The position numbers and the translations under genes were made by a program. A DNA stretch of 64,000 bases from an uncultured Candidatus Binatia bacterium (GTDB lineage Bacteria > Desulfobacterota > Binatia > UBA9968 > CAXXLF01). Location of the stretch: positions 4,160,001 through 4,224,000 of the forward strand of contig OZ244621.1 in the NCBI GenBank assembly GCA_965218425.1, read 5' to 3'. Every line of letters starts with the position of its first letter. The stretch's first letter is position 1. This document shows positions 9,445 to 19,415 of this stretch, in pieces. The notes under the pieces were generated by a model. It was not told where the DNA came from. It saw nothing but the letters and a program-made list of their open reading frames with translations, and did no database searches.

Positions 9445-10170
9445 TCACGGCAACTCTTTGAGCAGGCGGCCGTAGTTTGCGGCGGGACGGTGTATACCGA
9501 AATGCTTCAATACGCTCCAGATTTTCACCGCCTGGGCATGGACCACGGGGACCTGCAATTCGGCTTCAAGAACCGGGGCTATTTCCATCACCCTCCAACC
9601 ACTTCCAAGCATATAGATCCCCTCCGTATTATTGGCATGTTTTAGAAATGCATCCTTGGCAAAGCTACTGATTTCCTCCTTTGGAACCTCATTGACCTTC
9701 CCGAAAGGAACCTTCATGCCCTCCATGGCCTGCACTTCAAAGCCCGCCTGGGTAAAATAATCGGCAAAGATCTTGTTGAGAGACTCCGGGAAGTAAGTAA
9801 GACCCAGGAAGCTTTTCACACCCAGTGCACGGAAGGCTTCACTCTGGGACCGACCAGCGGTGTAAATGGGAGTCCGGTACTTTGATTCCAGCATCTTTAC
9901 GAAATCTTCCTCTCCCTTGAAGCCATGCACCATCATCGGAGGAGCGCCACCCATGTGTATCATATCCACTTTCTTGCCTGCGAGTTCGGCGACCTTTTGT
10001 TCGTACACCCCTCTGGCTTGACGAAACTCTTCCTCAGTTCCGGAACGGATCCCAACACTGACCTGAATGACGCCGATTTCCCTGGGGAGAAGAGATTTTT
10101 CATAGCCCGCGGATTCACTTCTCCCTGTTGGACTGATGGCGCCCAATACTCGCTTTTGATTTTCAGCCAT
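9445..10170 (-). CDS. Asp/Glu racemase superfamily protein (maleate isomerase/arylmalonate decarboxylase-like), no cysteines
   Basis: AFRALGVK..LGLTYF, LEAEL.VPVV, YGRLL family motifs. Confidence 0.8.
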   Translation of the reverse strand: MAENQKRVLGAISPTGRSESAGYEKSLLPREIGVIQVSVGIRSGTEEEFRQARGVYEQKVAELAGKKVDMIHMGGAPPMMVHGFKGEEDFVKMLESKYRTPIYTAGRSQSEAFRALGVKSFLGLTYFPESLNKIFADYFTQAGFEVQAMEGMKVPFGKVNEVPKEEISSFAKDAFLKHANNTEGIYMLGSGWRVMEIAPVLEAELQVPVVHAQAVKIWSVLKHFGIHRPAANYGRLLKELP

Positions 10171-10180
10171 TTTGAATCCT

Positions 10181-10250
10181 TCCTTCCGGTCTGCTTTTTT
10201 CTGATCGCTTTTTTTCCTCTACGCTTTGTGACTTGCTCTATTTTCGATTC
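10181..10250 (+). repeat. Short pyrimidine-rich spacer
   Basis: CTCTACGCTTTGTG and CTCTATTTTCGATTC resemble modules of the other spacers. Confidence 0.4.
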
Positions 10251-10252
10251 AG

Positions 10253-11296
10253 CTAGATTTCAGTACCTATCCCGGCTACCCGGGCCTTGTCATAGGCCAA
10301 TTTACCCAGTGCCATGAACCCCACGCCCTGGTCACTGTTCTGCTTGAAGAGCGTGATCGCTTTCGGATCGGTTCGGCCGGGTATCTTTCCGGCAACCAGT
10401 GGCCCGAGTTCGCCGATCTCTTCCCATTGGAGAATTCCATTCGTGATGGGCTCGAGCAGGTCACCCTGCTCATCCTGTCTTGCCTGTTGTACCAGAGTTG
10501 CAACGATGAGATCGGCCCGGCGTAACACCTCGTCATCGATTTCCCGCCGCGGCGAAGAAACGAGGCCTTGCTCAAGCAGTTCTTTGTTGCTTCCGACAAT
10601 GGAGGTCACATGCACGCCCCGGCTCAACCACTCTCCGCAAAGAACCGGCACGTTGCTACCGGTGGCGCACACGACGAGGTGGACCCCTAAGGCCGCCATC
10701 TCCGGCCGATCCACGGGCTCTAGTTCAGCTTTGCTGTGCCTCTGCATCAATCTACAAAAGGCGCTACGGTTTTCGGCACTCCGGCTGTAGACCTTGACCT
10801 TCTCAATGGGACGAATGGCCTCCATGGTCATCAGGTGGCGCCGTGCCTGGCGGCCGGTGCCGTAAAGTCCCATGATCCGGGCGTCGGACCGAGCCAGAAA
10901 CTTTGTACCCACAGCACTCGTGAGACTCGTTTCGGTGGCAAAATGGTCCATGGGGCCATCAAAGTCAAAGAGCGGCAATGAACCCACAATGAGTGCCAGC
11001 AACTCGGCGGATTCACTGTCGTAGACAACGTAGACCCTATGTCCGGCGCGCGCATATTGCTGAGCCTCCCGGGTGTAGCTAAAGCGTTCGTAGTGGATGA
11101 AGGTACCGGCGACACCCTGGTTATGGCAGCCTCCTGGATGGATGGTGAGCCTGCGGTCCTCGTGCAGCATTCGGAGGCGGGGAAGGCTGAAATGGGGGAG
11201 CTCTCCTTGACCGCGAAATCCCTGTTCCACAGCAGCGATCGCCTCATCGATAGTGATCAACCCCTTGAGCTTCTCGGCTTTTATGATGAGGGCCAT
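10253..11296 (-). CDS. Ornithine cyclodeaminase / mu-crystallin family protein
   Basis: GLYGTGRQARRH, KVYSRS.E, VVCATGS..PV, G.IPGR.....ITLFK. Confidence 0.9.
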   Translation of the reverse strand: MALIIKAEKLKGLITIDEAIAAVEQGFRGQGELPHFSLPRLRMLHEDRRLTIHPGGCHNQGVAGTFIHYERFSYTREAQQYARAGHRVYVVYDSESAELLALIVGSLPLFDFDGPMDHFATETSLTSAVGTKFLARSDARIMGLYGTGRQARRHLMTMEAIRPIEKVKVYSRSAENRSAFCRLMQRHSKAELEPVDRPEMAALGVHLVVCATGSNVPVLCGEWLSRGVHVTSIVGSNKELLEQGLVSSPRREIDDEVLRRADLIVATLVQQARQDEQGDLLEPITNGILQWEEIGELGPLVAGKIPGRTDPKAITLFKQNSDQGVGFMALGKLAYDKARVAGIGTEI

Positions 11297-11329
11297 TCGT
11301 GCCTCCTCTCAACCTGTTTGACTGTTTTT

Positions 11330-11425
11330 TTCTGTGCCTTGCCTCTTTCTCTCTGCCTCAACACTTAACACCGTTTCTCCCCTCTTCCACGCCCTATCCC
11401 CTAATCCTATCGCTTTGCGCCATGG
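11330..11425 (+). repeat. Mosaic spacer (AACAC, CCCTA and TATCGCTTTGCGCC modules)
   Basis: GCCTCTTTCTCTCTGCCTCAACACTTAACACC...CCCTATCCCCTAATCCTATCGCTTTGCGCC. Homologous to 34980-35068. Confidence 0.85.
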
Positions 11426-11427
11426 GC

Positions 11428-12546
11428 TCAGTCCATCTCGTAATACGAAGCGCAATTGTCCCAAAGGATTTTTCTTTTATCCTCTTCCGGGATGCAAAGC
11501 TGCAAAAACCTCTCCACCGCGTTTGGAAACTTCGAGTCGCCGTGAGGATAATCAGTGGAGAAAACAATGCGATCGCTCCCCATGTAATCGATGACATATC
11601 TCACGGTCTCTTCGTCAGGCTCCACAGAGATATAACACTGCTGTTTGAAATACTCGCTTGGAGCCATCTGCAGGTCCGGCGCCCAAACGTCCCCTTCACG
11701 TTCCCATCCTTCATCCAGTCTCCAAAGCAGCCAGGGTAGCCAGGTACAATTCGCTTCCAGGAAGGCGACGCGCAACTTGCGGTGGCGTGCCAAGACACCG
11801 CCTGCGCAGATGCTTCCCAAAGCCAGCATCTGTTCCATGGGTTGAGCGTAGGTCCGGCGGAGCATGAAGTTTGGCACAAACTGCTCCCCCACATGGTGGG
11901 CTCCGGAACCCGTAGCCTCGTGCAGCCCCAGAGGGATCCGGAGCTCCTCCAGAACGCTCCAAAGAGGCTCGTAGTAGTCGTCGTGCCAGTTATGGTCATT
12001 CATGACGTTGGCTCTGATGAAGACGCCTCGGAAACCCAAATCGGTGGCACAGCGACGCACCTCTGACACGGCGTCTTCGATGGAGAATGGGGATATCATG
12101 GCGCCGCCAAATAACCGGTTGGGGTCGGTCTGGCAAAAATCGTATAACCAGTTGTTATAGGCTCGAGCAATGGCGGCCGCCAACCGAGGCTCCATGTGCG
12201 GTTCGGCCAAGGCGTGCAAGCCACGAGTAGGATACAGCACTGCCTTGTCAATCCCCTCCTGATCCATGGCTTCTAATTGCACCTCTGCCGTCCAACCCCG
12301 TTTTGCATGAGTTCGGTACAGCGTTTGGCTCTTACCAAAGTTATGTCCTCGAGTTACACCGCCGCGCGATTCGGACCCCCACCGTTTCCCATCAGGATGA
12401 ACTAATCCGGCTTCCCTCACGTTCGAACTCGTAAGACCCCGCGGCCCTTGCCCTTTGAATTCAGGATCAATATACCGCTCCCACAGGTGAGGTGGCTCCA
12501 TTACGTGCATGTCACTGTCCAGAACCTTAAAACCCTTCCTTGCCAC
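11428..12546 (-). CDS. Amidohydrolase_2 family protein
   Basis: GTG start after SD AAGGAG. LDSDMHVMEP, LGLHE, FLEANC.WLP, STDYPHGD. Confidence 0.92.
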   Translation of the reverse strand: MARKGFKVLDSDMHVMEPPHLWERYIDPEFKGQGPRGLTSSNVREAGLVHPDGKRWGSESRGGVTRGHNFGKSQTLYRTHAKRGWTAEVQLEAMDQEGIDKAVLYPTRGLHALAEPHMEPRLAAAIARAYNNWLYDFCQTDPNRLFGGAMISPFSIEDAVSEVRRCATDLGFRGVFIRANVMNDHNWHDDYYEPLWSVLEELRIPLGLHEATGSGAHHVGEQFVPNFMLRRTYAQPMEQMLALGSICAGGVLARHRKLRVAFLEANCTWLPWLLWRLDEGWEREGDVWAPDLQMAPSEYFKQQCYISVEPDEETVRYVIDYMGSDRIVFSTDYPHGDSKFPNAVERFLQLCIPEEDKRKILWDNCASYYEMD

Positions 12547-12645
12547 GATCCCTTCTCCTTTCAGAAACTCAGAAAGCCCCGGGGGCATTGTTCCTATGTC
12601 ACGACGCCTCAATCCCTACAATGAAAATACCGGACATTCAATCTG

Positions 12646-12768
12646 CGCTCTCCTCTCAGTCTCCTATCAATCCTCTATCCTCGACTCTCGCCTCTCGGTC
12701 CTACCTAGCTGAGAGCTGAAAGCTAATAACTGATAGCTATCCCTACTCAGTCCTCGTTACTCGTACTG
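12646..12768 (+). repeat. Mosaic spacer (CTATCCT, GCTGAGA and CTCGTTA modules)
   Basis: TCAATCCTCTATCCTCGA...GCTGAGAGCTGAAAGCTAATAACTGATAGC...ACTCAGTCCTCGTTACTC. Homolog of 4550-4638. Confidence 0.88.
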
Positions 12769-12793
12769 CCAGCATCGACCTTTGTATCTCAAG

Positions 12794-13666
12794 TCATGGA
12801 GATAGACTCGTTGTTGCGCTGTCTGCCTCTGCCCTTTGGGGTTTCGTGCCGTCCGGGAGTCGCCAGTGCTCCCTTTGCTTGCGGAATGGCAATACTAAAA
12901 GGCTCCCGATCCCGTTATCACCAGTTTGCAAATATGCCGGAACTCCGATCACCAGCTCCGCTTGCCTTATATTGAGTCGCAGGGTTCCGTGGATCCAATC
13001 CCACCAGCGAAAAACCACGGAAAAATTCGAATCCGTCTCTTCCCTAACAGCCGAGTGGTGGATCCCGTGCATGCGCGGCGTAACGATAATCCTGTTGAGC
13101 CATTGCTCGATTCTAATGGGCAAGCGAATGTTGCTGTGATGAAACACAGTGGCGCATTGGAACCCCAATTCGTAAATAACATAATTAAACGGCGATATGC
13201 CCAGGAGCAGGATTTGAAGGATACGGAACCCCGAGGAATAAAGCACCTCCCCGAAGTGAAAGCGAAAGGATGTAGAAACATCCAGGTCGGGGTCCACGTG
13301 GTGAACATTGTGAAACCTCCAGAACAGTGAAAGGACATGATTGACCCGATGCCAATAGTAAAAGGAAAGGTCCATGAGGAAGAAACCAATTATTACTTCA
13401 ACCGGTGCCCATAGATGGAAGAGATTTAACAGGCCAAAGCCGTTTTGTTCGCTCCAGGCCATAAGTTGAAAGACCAACGGCACAATCACAGCGGCTCCGG
13501 TCCCCAGGGCCAATGCCGAGAGGACGGAATTGACCGTGAAGCGTCTTATCCGCGACTGCTTCGGTTGGCGCAGCATGAACCGGGGCTCTAGCGTCCACAG
13601 CGCCAAGAAAACGACGGCAACGACGAAAACCGTGGAGATTTGAAGCCCAGCGACAGAGTCATCCAC
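12794..13666 (-). CDS. Sterol desaturase / fatty acid hydroxylase family protein
   Basis: His boxes HRVNH, HNVHH, FHHSN and HGIHH. Transmembrane segments. Confidence 0.92.
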   Translation of the reverse strand: MDDSVAGLQISTVFVVAVVFLALWTLEPRFMLRQPKQSRIRRFTVNSVLSALALGTGAAVIVPLVFQLMAWSEQNGFGLLNLFHLWAPVEVIIGFFLMDLSFYYWHRVNHVLSLFWRFHNVHHVDPDLDVSTSFRFHFGEVLYSSGFRILQILLLGISPFNYVIYELGFQCATVFHHSNIRLPIRIEQWLNRIIVTPRMHGIHHSAVREETDSNFSVVFRWWDWIHGTLRLNIRQAELVIGVPAYLQTGDNGIGSLLVLPFRKQREHWRLPDGTKPQRAEADSATTSLSP

Positions 13667-13816
13667 CAGGGGCCAGCTTAGTCCATTGAATCCATCGAAC
13701 CAACAGTTCCCCCCATGCTCTATTACTCAATTGAATGGTGAAAGCGAGTTGACAGGGCTCATGGCTTCTTCTACCATAACCCGATTTGTAAGATTTTCTA
13801 AAGATGAGGGAGCATT

Positions 13817-14263
13817 TTGATTATGCGTATTCGAAAGATCCTTTTTGCCACCGATTTTTCCTCTGCCTCCCGGCGCGCCCTCGATGCCGCCCTGGATTTG
13901 GCCAAGCAGAACAAGGCGGAACTGACGATTTTCCATTCGCTGATTCCCGCTGTCTTTTACTCGGAGGCAGAAACGGCTGTCTCCCTCTACGCGCAGATTG
14001 AAGCAGACACTCGCAAAAACGCGCAAACCGCGTTGTCGCGCCTCAAAGCCCGGGCCGACAAGGGCAAGATCAAAACACGGACCCAAATGCAAAAGGGATC
14101 TGCCGCCGTTCAGATTCTTCGCGCAGCGAAAAGCCGGCGTGTGGATGTCATTGTCGTTGGGACACAAGGACGCACGGGCCTGTCGAAACTCCTTCTCGGC
14201 AGCGTAGCGTCGCGGGTCATCTCAATGGCCGACCGCCCTGTTCTCACGGTTCCAGGCCGTTAG
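13817..14263 (+). CDS. Universal stress protein (UspA family)
   Basis: ILFATDFS..S..AL, DVIVVGTQGRTG...LLLGSVA..V...A..PVL.V. Confidence 0.93.
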   Translation: MIMRIRKILFATDFSSASRRALDAALDLAKQNKAELTIFHSLIPAVFYSEAETAVSLYAQIEADTRKNAQTALSRLKARADKGKIKTRTQMQKGSAAVQILRAAKSRRVDVIVVGTQGRTGLSKLLLGSVASRVISMADRPVLTVPGR

Positions 14264-14309
14264 AAACCATCGCGCTTGGCCCTCCCTTACCCCTGTTTCT
14301 TGGTTGCCG

Positions 14310-14590
14310 GTAGTTCCGTGGTTTGCGGTCCCCAATTGGTTGCCTTCTGCCCATTGCCTGCTCTCTTTCTTTGTGCCTGTAGTCTGTTGTCAGTACTCCG
14401 AGACTTGTCTGCGCCCAATGCCCTTTACCCCCTGCTCCCTATCATCGAAACTCAACTCCCTAGTCGTAGAACTTTACGCCACGCGCTTTGCTTCTTATCC
14501 CAGGCAATCGTCGATCTTCAATCCTCTATCCTAGATTTTCATTCCTTGTGCCTCAGCACTCAGTCCTGAACGCGCTTTGCTCTTTGCGTT
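14310..14590 (+). repeat. Long mosaic spacer
   Basis: TGCCTTCTGCCCATTGCCTGCT, CTGTAGTCTGTTGTCAGT and CGATCTTCAATCCTCTATCCT modules. 14539-14564 matches 34207-34232 at 25/26. Confidence 0.85.
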
Positions 14591-14685
14591 CCAGGCTTTG
14601 GAAGACACTTGACAACCATTGGAATTAGTCATATGGACAGGAATTTCCGGCACATGAGGCGATCTAAGGTCATGGAGGTGATGTC

Positions 14686-15765
14686 ATGAACGTAAAGGTA
14701 CTATTATTGGTTTTATTGCTAGGTACTTTAGTGCCAGCAACTGCCCAGTCATCATGGCAGGAGGAGTGGAAACGAGTCTTGGCAGCGGCTAAGCAGGAGG
14801 GTAAGGTAGCCGTCACCGGACCCACTGGGCCCCAAGCCCGCGATGTCCTCACAGGACCCTTCAAGAAGAAGTACGGCATCAATGTTGAATTCATTGGCGG
14901 ATCCGGGCGTTCGACCTCACCTCGCATCTTGACCGAACGCAGGGCCCGTCACTTCCTGTGGGATGTTTACGTTCACGGCACCACCACGGGCCTGAGTACC
15001 ATGTTGCCTGCGGGGGCGTTTGACCCTCTAGAACCGGCTCTCATCGTACCAGAGGTTACGGATTCCAAGCACTGGCGGGGGGGTGGCATAGAGTTCCTCG
15101 ATAAACGCCGTCAGCTGATGGTGATGACCCTTTCGCAGCGGGCCACAATTTTTATCAATACTAAACTTGCCAGGGTCGAAGATTTTACGTCTTACAAGGA
15201 CCTTCTGAACCCCAAGTGGAAGGGTAAGATTGTCGTGGACGACCCCCGGAAACCCGGTCCGGGCCAGGGTACTTTCCTCTTCCTCTATGAGCATCCGGAA
15301 CTAGGCATGGAATTCATCCGGGCCTTCGCGCGCCAGAAACCTTTGATCCTTAAGAATTACCGACAGGAAGTGGATGTCGTAGCTCAGGGAAAGTTTCCAA
15401 TCCTATTTGGTGGCTGGGAAGTGCCTGTTGAGACCATGATGAAAAAGGGGCTCCCTATCACCATTGTGTATCCCTCCCAACTTCGTGAAGGATCCGACCT
15501 GAGCCCCGTCAACGGCTCTCTGGCACTATTCAACAATGCTCCCCACCCCAATGCGGCGAAGGTATACATCAATTGGATTCTCTCAAAGGAGGGCCAGACC
15601 TTGTTTTCTCGAGCCATGGGCTATATCAGTACTCGGTTGGACGTGCCAACGGACCACTCGCCATGGCGGGTCCCAAAGCCGGGTGCGATCAAGACTTACA
15701 CACAAGAGGCGATGAGGGTAAAGGACAAGCTGGTTCCAATGCTGCAAGACGTGTTCCGTCGCTAG
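14686..15765 (+). CDS. Extracellular solute-binding protein (iron/thiamine-type ABC SBP), orphan
   Basis: Signal peptide, AAAKQEGKV, DLLNPKWKGKI, APHPNAAKVYINW.LSKEGQ. Confidence 0.9.
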   Translation: MNVKVLLLVLLLGTLVPATAQSSWQEEWKRVLAAAKQEGKVAVTGPTGPQARDVLTGPFKKKYGINVEFIGGSGRSTSPRILTERRARHFLWDVYVHGTTTGLSTMLPAGAFDPLEPALIVPEVTDSKHWRGGGIEFLDKRRQLMVMTLSQRATIFINTKLARVEDFTSYKDLLNPKWKGKIVVDDPRKPGPGQGTFLFLYEHPELGMEFIRAFARQKPLILKNYRQEVDVVAQGKFPILFGGWEVPVETMMKKGLPITIVYPSQLREGSDLSPVNGSLALFNNAPHPNAAKVYINWILSKEGQTLFSRAMGYISTRLDVPTDHSPWRVPKPGAIKTYTQEAMRVKDKLVPMLQDVFRR

Positions 15766-15925
15766 GCATTGGTGTTGGGCGGCCTATTGATTGCGAAATA
15801 CGAAATTTTATTATTTTCCTTTTCGTTGAGGTCCGTTTCTTCAATGCTAATAAGAATGTGACCAACGTTTTTTTGCTTCTCCATGGTTTTTCTCCTACTG
15901 GAATAAAGGAGCGTCTCTGGATAGC

Positions 15926-15961
15926 AAAAAGCACCGGCGGCCTTTTGCCTTGTACCGGTGC
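15926..15961 (-). terminator. Putative intrinsic terminator between convergent genes
   Basis: AAAAA-GCACCGG...CCGGTGC. The stem is followed by a U-run on the minus strand, but the loop is long. Confidence 0.35.
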
Positions 15962-16038
15962 CTAAGCGCTGCGCGCTACGATATCCCGTGCGCCTCTTCG
16001 TGGAGCCTGTCGATTGTCTGTACTAGGGGGCAACAGGG

Positions 16039-17127
16039 TCACAGCCCATAGAGCCTAGTAGGATTTTCTGAGAGAATTTTTTTCTTGGCCTCCTGGCTGA
16101 TTCCCTCCTGTCTCTGGAACTTCACGATGGCATTTGTTTCGCTGGAGGGGTCCGTATGCCCGTAATCCGTGCCGATCACCAGACTGTGGTCGCCGGAGTA
16201 ACGGAGAATATAGGGAACATCGTCATTTGTCTGGCAGGTGATGAAAATGTTGTATTCTCCAAAGACGTCTTTGGGAAGCTCCCTGCCGGCTACCCTGTAC
16301 CGGTTCACCACCTCATGGTAGATCCACGGGACCCATTGGGCCGAGGCTTCGATGAACCCCCATCGGAGCTTAGGGAATATCGTGGGGAGCTCGCTCATCA
16401 AGACGAAATAGCAACTGAGCACCGTCGGAGCCCGGAACATCGCCACGGTTCCCGAGGGCGCTGAGCGATAAAGTTCGCAATTGTCGGGATTGGCGTTGGC
16501 AATGTGGACGGCAATCGCCATATCGAGGTTGCTGGCTGCTTCGTACAGCGGGTAAAAGTACCGATCTGTTAGATGCCTCTCACCTTCCAGGGGTCGTAGA
16601 CAAACTGCCACCGCACCGTTTTCCTGCGCCTCCTTCATCTGTTCGATCGCCTCGTCCATCAGTGCCGCAGGCACCACGCACGTCCAGCGCAACCGCCCGC
16701 CGCCCTTGCGCCAGACATCACCAAGCCAGCGGTTCCAACTCCTGCACAGGGCGGATTCGACTTCAGGTCGACGCGACACCTGCTCTATCCACAGCGAATT
16801 GTGCATGACCTGGATATCAATCCCCAGCTCATCCATGTGTTTAAGCCTCAGCCCCACATCGTCGAGTTCGCGGGCGGGCTGAGGGGTTTCCACGCTCCTC
16901 CCGGTCTTCTCGGACATCGCCCTCAGTTCCCGGTCACCCAGGGTCTGGGTACGATGACCGCAAATCTCCCCATCCACGACCCAATACCACTTCCCGGGCT
17001 TGTCCGGGTAGGCGCGAAGCGACGGCCGAAATCTTTGTTCCGAGGGCTCCATGAAATCCCATGTGTGCTCGGTTTCTATCACGTGGGCATCCGCATCAAT
17101 TATGGGAGGTCTGTTTGGCAATGGCAT
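16039..17127 (-). CDS. Amidohydrolase_2 family protein
   Basis: IDADAHVIE, IAVH, FPKLRWGFIEASAQW, GTDYGHTD. Confidence 0.92.
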   Translation of the reverse strand: MPLPNRPPIIDADAHVIETEHTWDFMEPSEQRFRPSLRAYPDKPGKWYWVVDGEICGHRTQTLGDRELRAMSEKTGRSVETPQPARELDDVGLRLKHMDELGIDIQVMHNSLWIEQVSRRPEVESALCRSWNRWLGDVWRKGGGRLRWTCVVPAALMDEAIEQMKEAQENGAVAVCLRPLEGERHLTDRYFYPLYEAASNLDMAIAVHIANANPDNCELYRSAPSGTVAMFRAPTVLSCYFVLMSELPTIFPKLRWGFIEASAQWVPWIYHEVVNRYRVAGRELPKDVFGEYNIFITCQTNDDVPYILRYSGDHSLVIGTDYGHTDPSSETNAIVKFQRQEGISQEAKKKILSENPTRLYGL

Positions 17128-17350
17128 GAAATTTCCCTTTCTCTTTTTGTCTTCAAATGTCTGTGAAAGCTGATTCAAAAAGGTCCATACCGCTTTCGCA
17201 ATTCAGGGATTAATCGGTCCAAAGCAGCTCGCTCTTACGCCTTTTCTGGCCAAAAAAACAAAAACGCCGATATCCGGTCGCCTTGCCTTTGGGCTCTACG
17301 CCATGCCGTTTCCCCCACGCCTCAAGCAGGACTTTGATAACAAGTCACGG

Positions 17351-18553
17351 TCACTTTTTCTTACGCAGAATCTTTGCCAGCTGCCGCGCCAACTTGCGCA
17401 TCTCCGGGTGTTTGGCAACAAAGTCAGCGTCAATTTCTAACATTTCAACGCCTTTCGCTTTCAGGCCTTTCAGCTCCGCCACGGATTGCGACCCGGGCAT
17501 TAAATAATGGTCCGTATCGTAGCTTTCGTAAACAACCCTTTGACCTGCTTCGCTCATGGCCATGTTGATGAACAGCTTTGCTAGGTTCGGATACGCCGAG
17601 TTTCTTGGTAATCCCCAGTAGAAGAAAGAAACCGTGGCCCCGTCCTCTAGGATCACATGCCCAAGCGGCGCACCCTTTGCCCGCTGTTGCCGGACTGCGT
17701 AACTGCCGCAGCCCATGACCATCATGGTGAATTCGCCGCTGGCGATGCGGGAGAGCTCTCCACAACGAATAAGCCCAGCAACATAGGGCGAGAGCTTGCC
17801 CACAAAAGCCTTCATTTTCTCTGGGCTCCAAGTGGAGACAAAAGCAATGTTGTACAACTGCGCGGCAAAGGGTGTTGAGGCGATCTTCCCCTTCCACTTC
17901 GCTTGGAGCACATCCTCAAGTTTCCTAGGCGCTTCGGCAGCGGAAACAAGATTGGTGTTGTATACGACACCCGAGACGAACGTAGCCACCTCTACACCAA
18001 TACTAATGGAAGGAACGAATTTTTTTGTGATGCGCGGCGAGAGCCTAGTAAAATCATAATTTTCCAGCACATCCTTTTTCAGCAGTCGTCCAAAGTGAAT
18101 TTCGGTGCCCAGGAGGATATCCGTTGAGACCGCCTGACCGGCCGCTACTTCTTGGGTGACCTGAGCGACCATCTTGGACATCCTGGGGGCCGGGGTGAAA
18201 TTGACCTTTATGTTCATGTCATACATTCGATTAAAAAGATCTTGGAATAACTTGGCCCCCCTCGCCCCGCCAAAGGACTGCTGGCCCCAGCTCAGATTGA
18301 GCTCGCGCTCGCCCTTGTCGTTGGCAGCTGCAATTAGCCGTTTGACCTCTGTGGAATGCGCGATCCTCGCCGTTCTGTGGGCGGCGGCTAATCTAATCCC
18401 AGAGGGCATTTCTTGATCTCTAGCCCTTCGAACACCATCATTCAGTGCGCCGGCATGCAAACCATAGGGCCACAACCCTGCCAGCGCCAACAGGGTAGCG
18501 ATCCACAATCCATAGAAAAAATTTTTATTCATGCGTGTGCACCCTTCTCTCAT
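17351..18553 (-). CDS. Extracellular solute-binding protein (ABC SBP), orphan
   Basis: Signal peptide (start may be the second Met), YNTNLV...EAP..LEDVL..KWKGKI, PNLAKLFIN...SEAGQ. Confidence 0.87.
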   Translation of the reverse strand: MREGCTRMNKNFFYGLWIATLLALAGLWPYGLHAGALNDGVRRARDQEMPSGIRLAAAHRTARIAHSTEVKRLIAAANDKGERELNLSWGQQSFGGARGAKLFQDLFNRMYDMNIKVNFTPAPRMSKMVAQVTQEVAAGQAVSTDILLGTEIHFGRLLKKDVLENYDFTRLSPRITKKFVPSISIGVEVATFVSGVVYNTNLVSAAEAPRKLEDVLQAKWKGKIASTPFAAQLYNIAFVSTWSPEKMKAFVGKLSPYVAGLIRCGELSRIASGEFTMMVMGCGSYAVRQQRAKGAPLGHVILEDGATVSFFYWGLPRNSAYPNLAKLFINMAMSEAGQRVVYESYDTDHYLMPGSQSVAELKGLKAKGVEMLEIDADFVAKHPEMRKLARQLAKILRKKK

Positions 18554-18639
18554 CTGATTCGTGGGTTCAGTGACATCCTATGGTAGGTTCTCAGTCCATG
18601 TCAACAACCCAGACGGCAACTATGCGACAACAATCCATC

Positions 18640-18730
18640 CCCTTCCCGTCCGCACGCTGCAATTCTCTATCTTCTATCCTCGGTTCTCCCCCTGACTTCC
18701 CAACCCCCTACACTCTATTCCCTTCGCCAT
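18640..18730 (+). repeat. Mosaic spacer (CTATCCT and CCCTA modules)
   Basis: CAATTCTCTATCTTCTATCCTCGG...CCCAACCCCCTACACTCTATTCCCT. Confidence 0.75.
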
Positions 18731-19082
18731 GAGACCACAACATCCCGACCGCTGCCATGAGAATTATTCTTGAGACCACCGTCAAGGCTACCTAACCGAC
18801 TGTAACATGGCTTTCCAACTTCGACACAGCGCTCAGAGAGCCAGTAATCAAGCAGGACTTCTCAGCCTTTTCGAGCGGCCGATATCCCTTCTCCTTGTCC
18901 TGTGACTCGGGTAACTGCAAGTCTGCTCGGATCAGCATTTCTGCAAAACAGGTAACCCCATCCACCTTTTGAGCAATGGAAGTTGTGATTCTTCTTAGAT
19001 AAAGACCTTAACGGCTCCCACTCGTTAGGGAACGAAACTTGCTTCCCGTGGTGTCGGGTAACGTCCACGTTAGAAGGCAACC

Positions 19083-19349
19083 ATGCCAAACAAGACAGTG
19101 AGAGATGTAATGGACAATAAACCGGTAACTCTGCAACACCTTGACACCCTCGACCTGGCCAAAGACACCATGGAACTGAAGCATATTCGGCACTTTCCGG
19201 TAGTAGAAAAGGAAAATCCGGTCGGCGTGGTTAGTCAGCGGGACCTATATCGGGTTTCGTTGGGCTCGGGGATGCGACTCGACGAAATCACGCAAAAGGA
19301 GTTTCCTAAGACCGTTGCTGCCAAGGACGTCATGAGCCATCCCGTATAG
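19083..19349 (+). pseudogene. CBS-domain protein truncated at the start of the second CBS domain
   Basis: VRDVM...VTL...IRHFPVV....VGVVSQRDL...KDVMSHPV, then stop. Confidence 0.75.
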
Positions 19350-19415
19350 CTCTTTGCCCTCCGCACTAAGCACGATGCTCCATGCCGACGTATCCATCTT
19401 GCAATGGACCGCCTA

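Noticed and set aside
14276..14569. ORFs lying over spacers (also 3724-3960, 11299-11739, 27649-27849, 34683-35015)
   Set aside because: S/L/P/F/C-rich translations of pyrimidine tracts that are naturally poor in stop codons. No SD or motifs.
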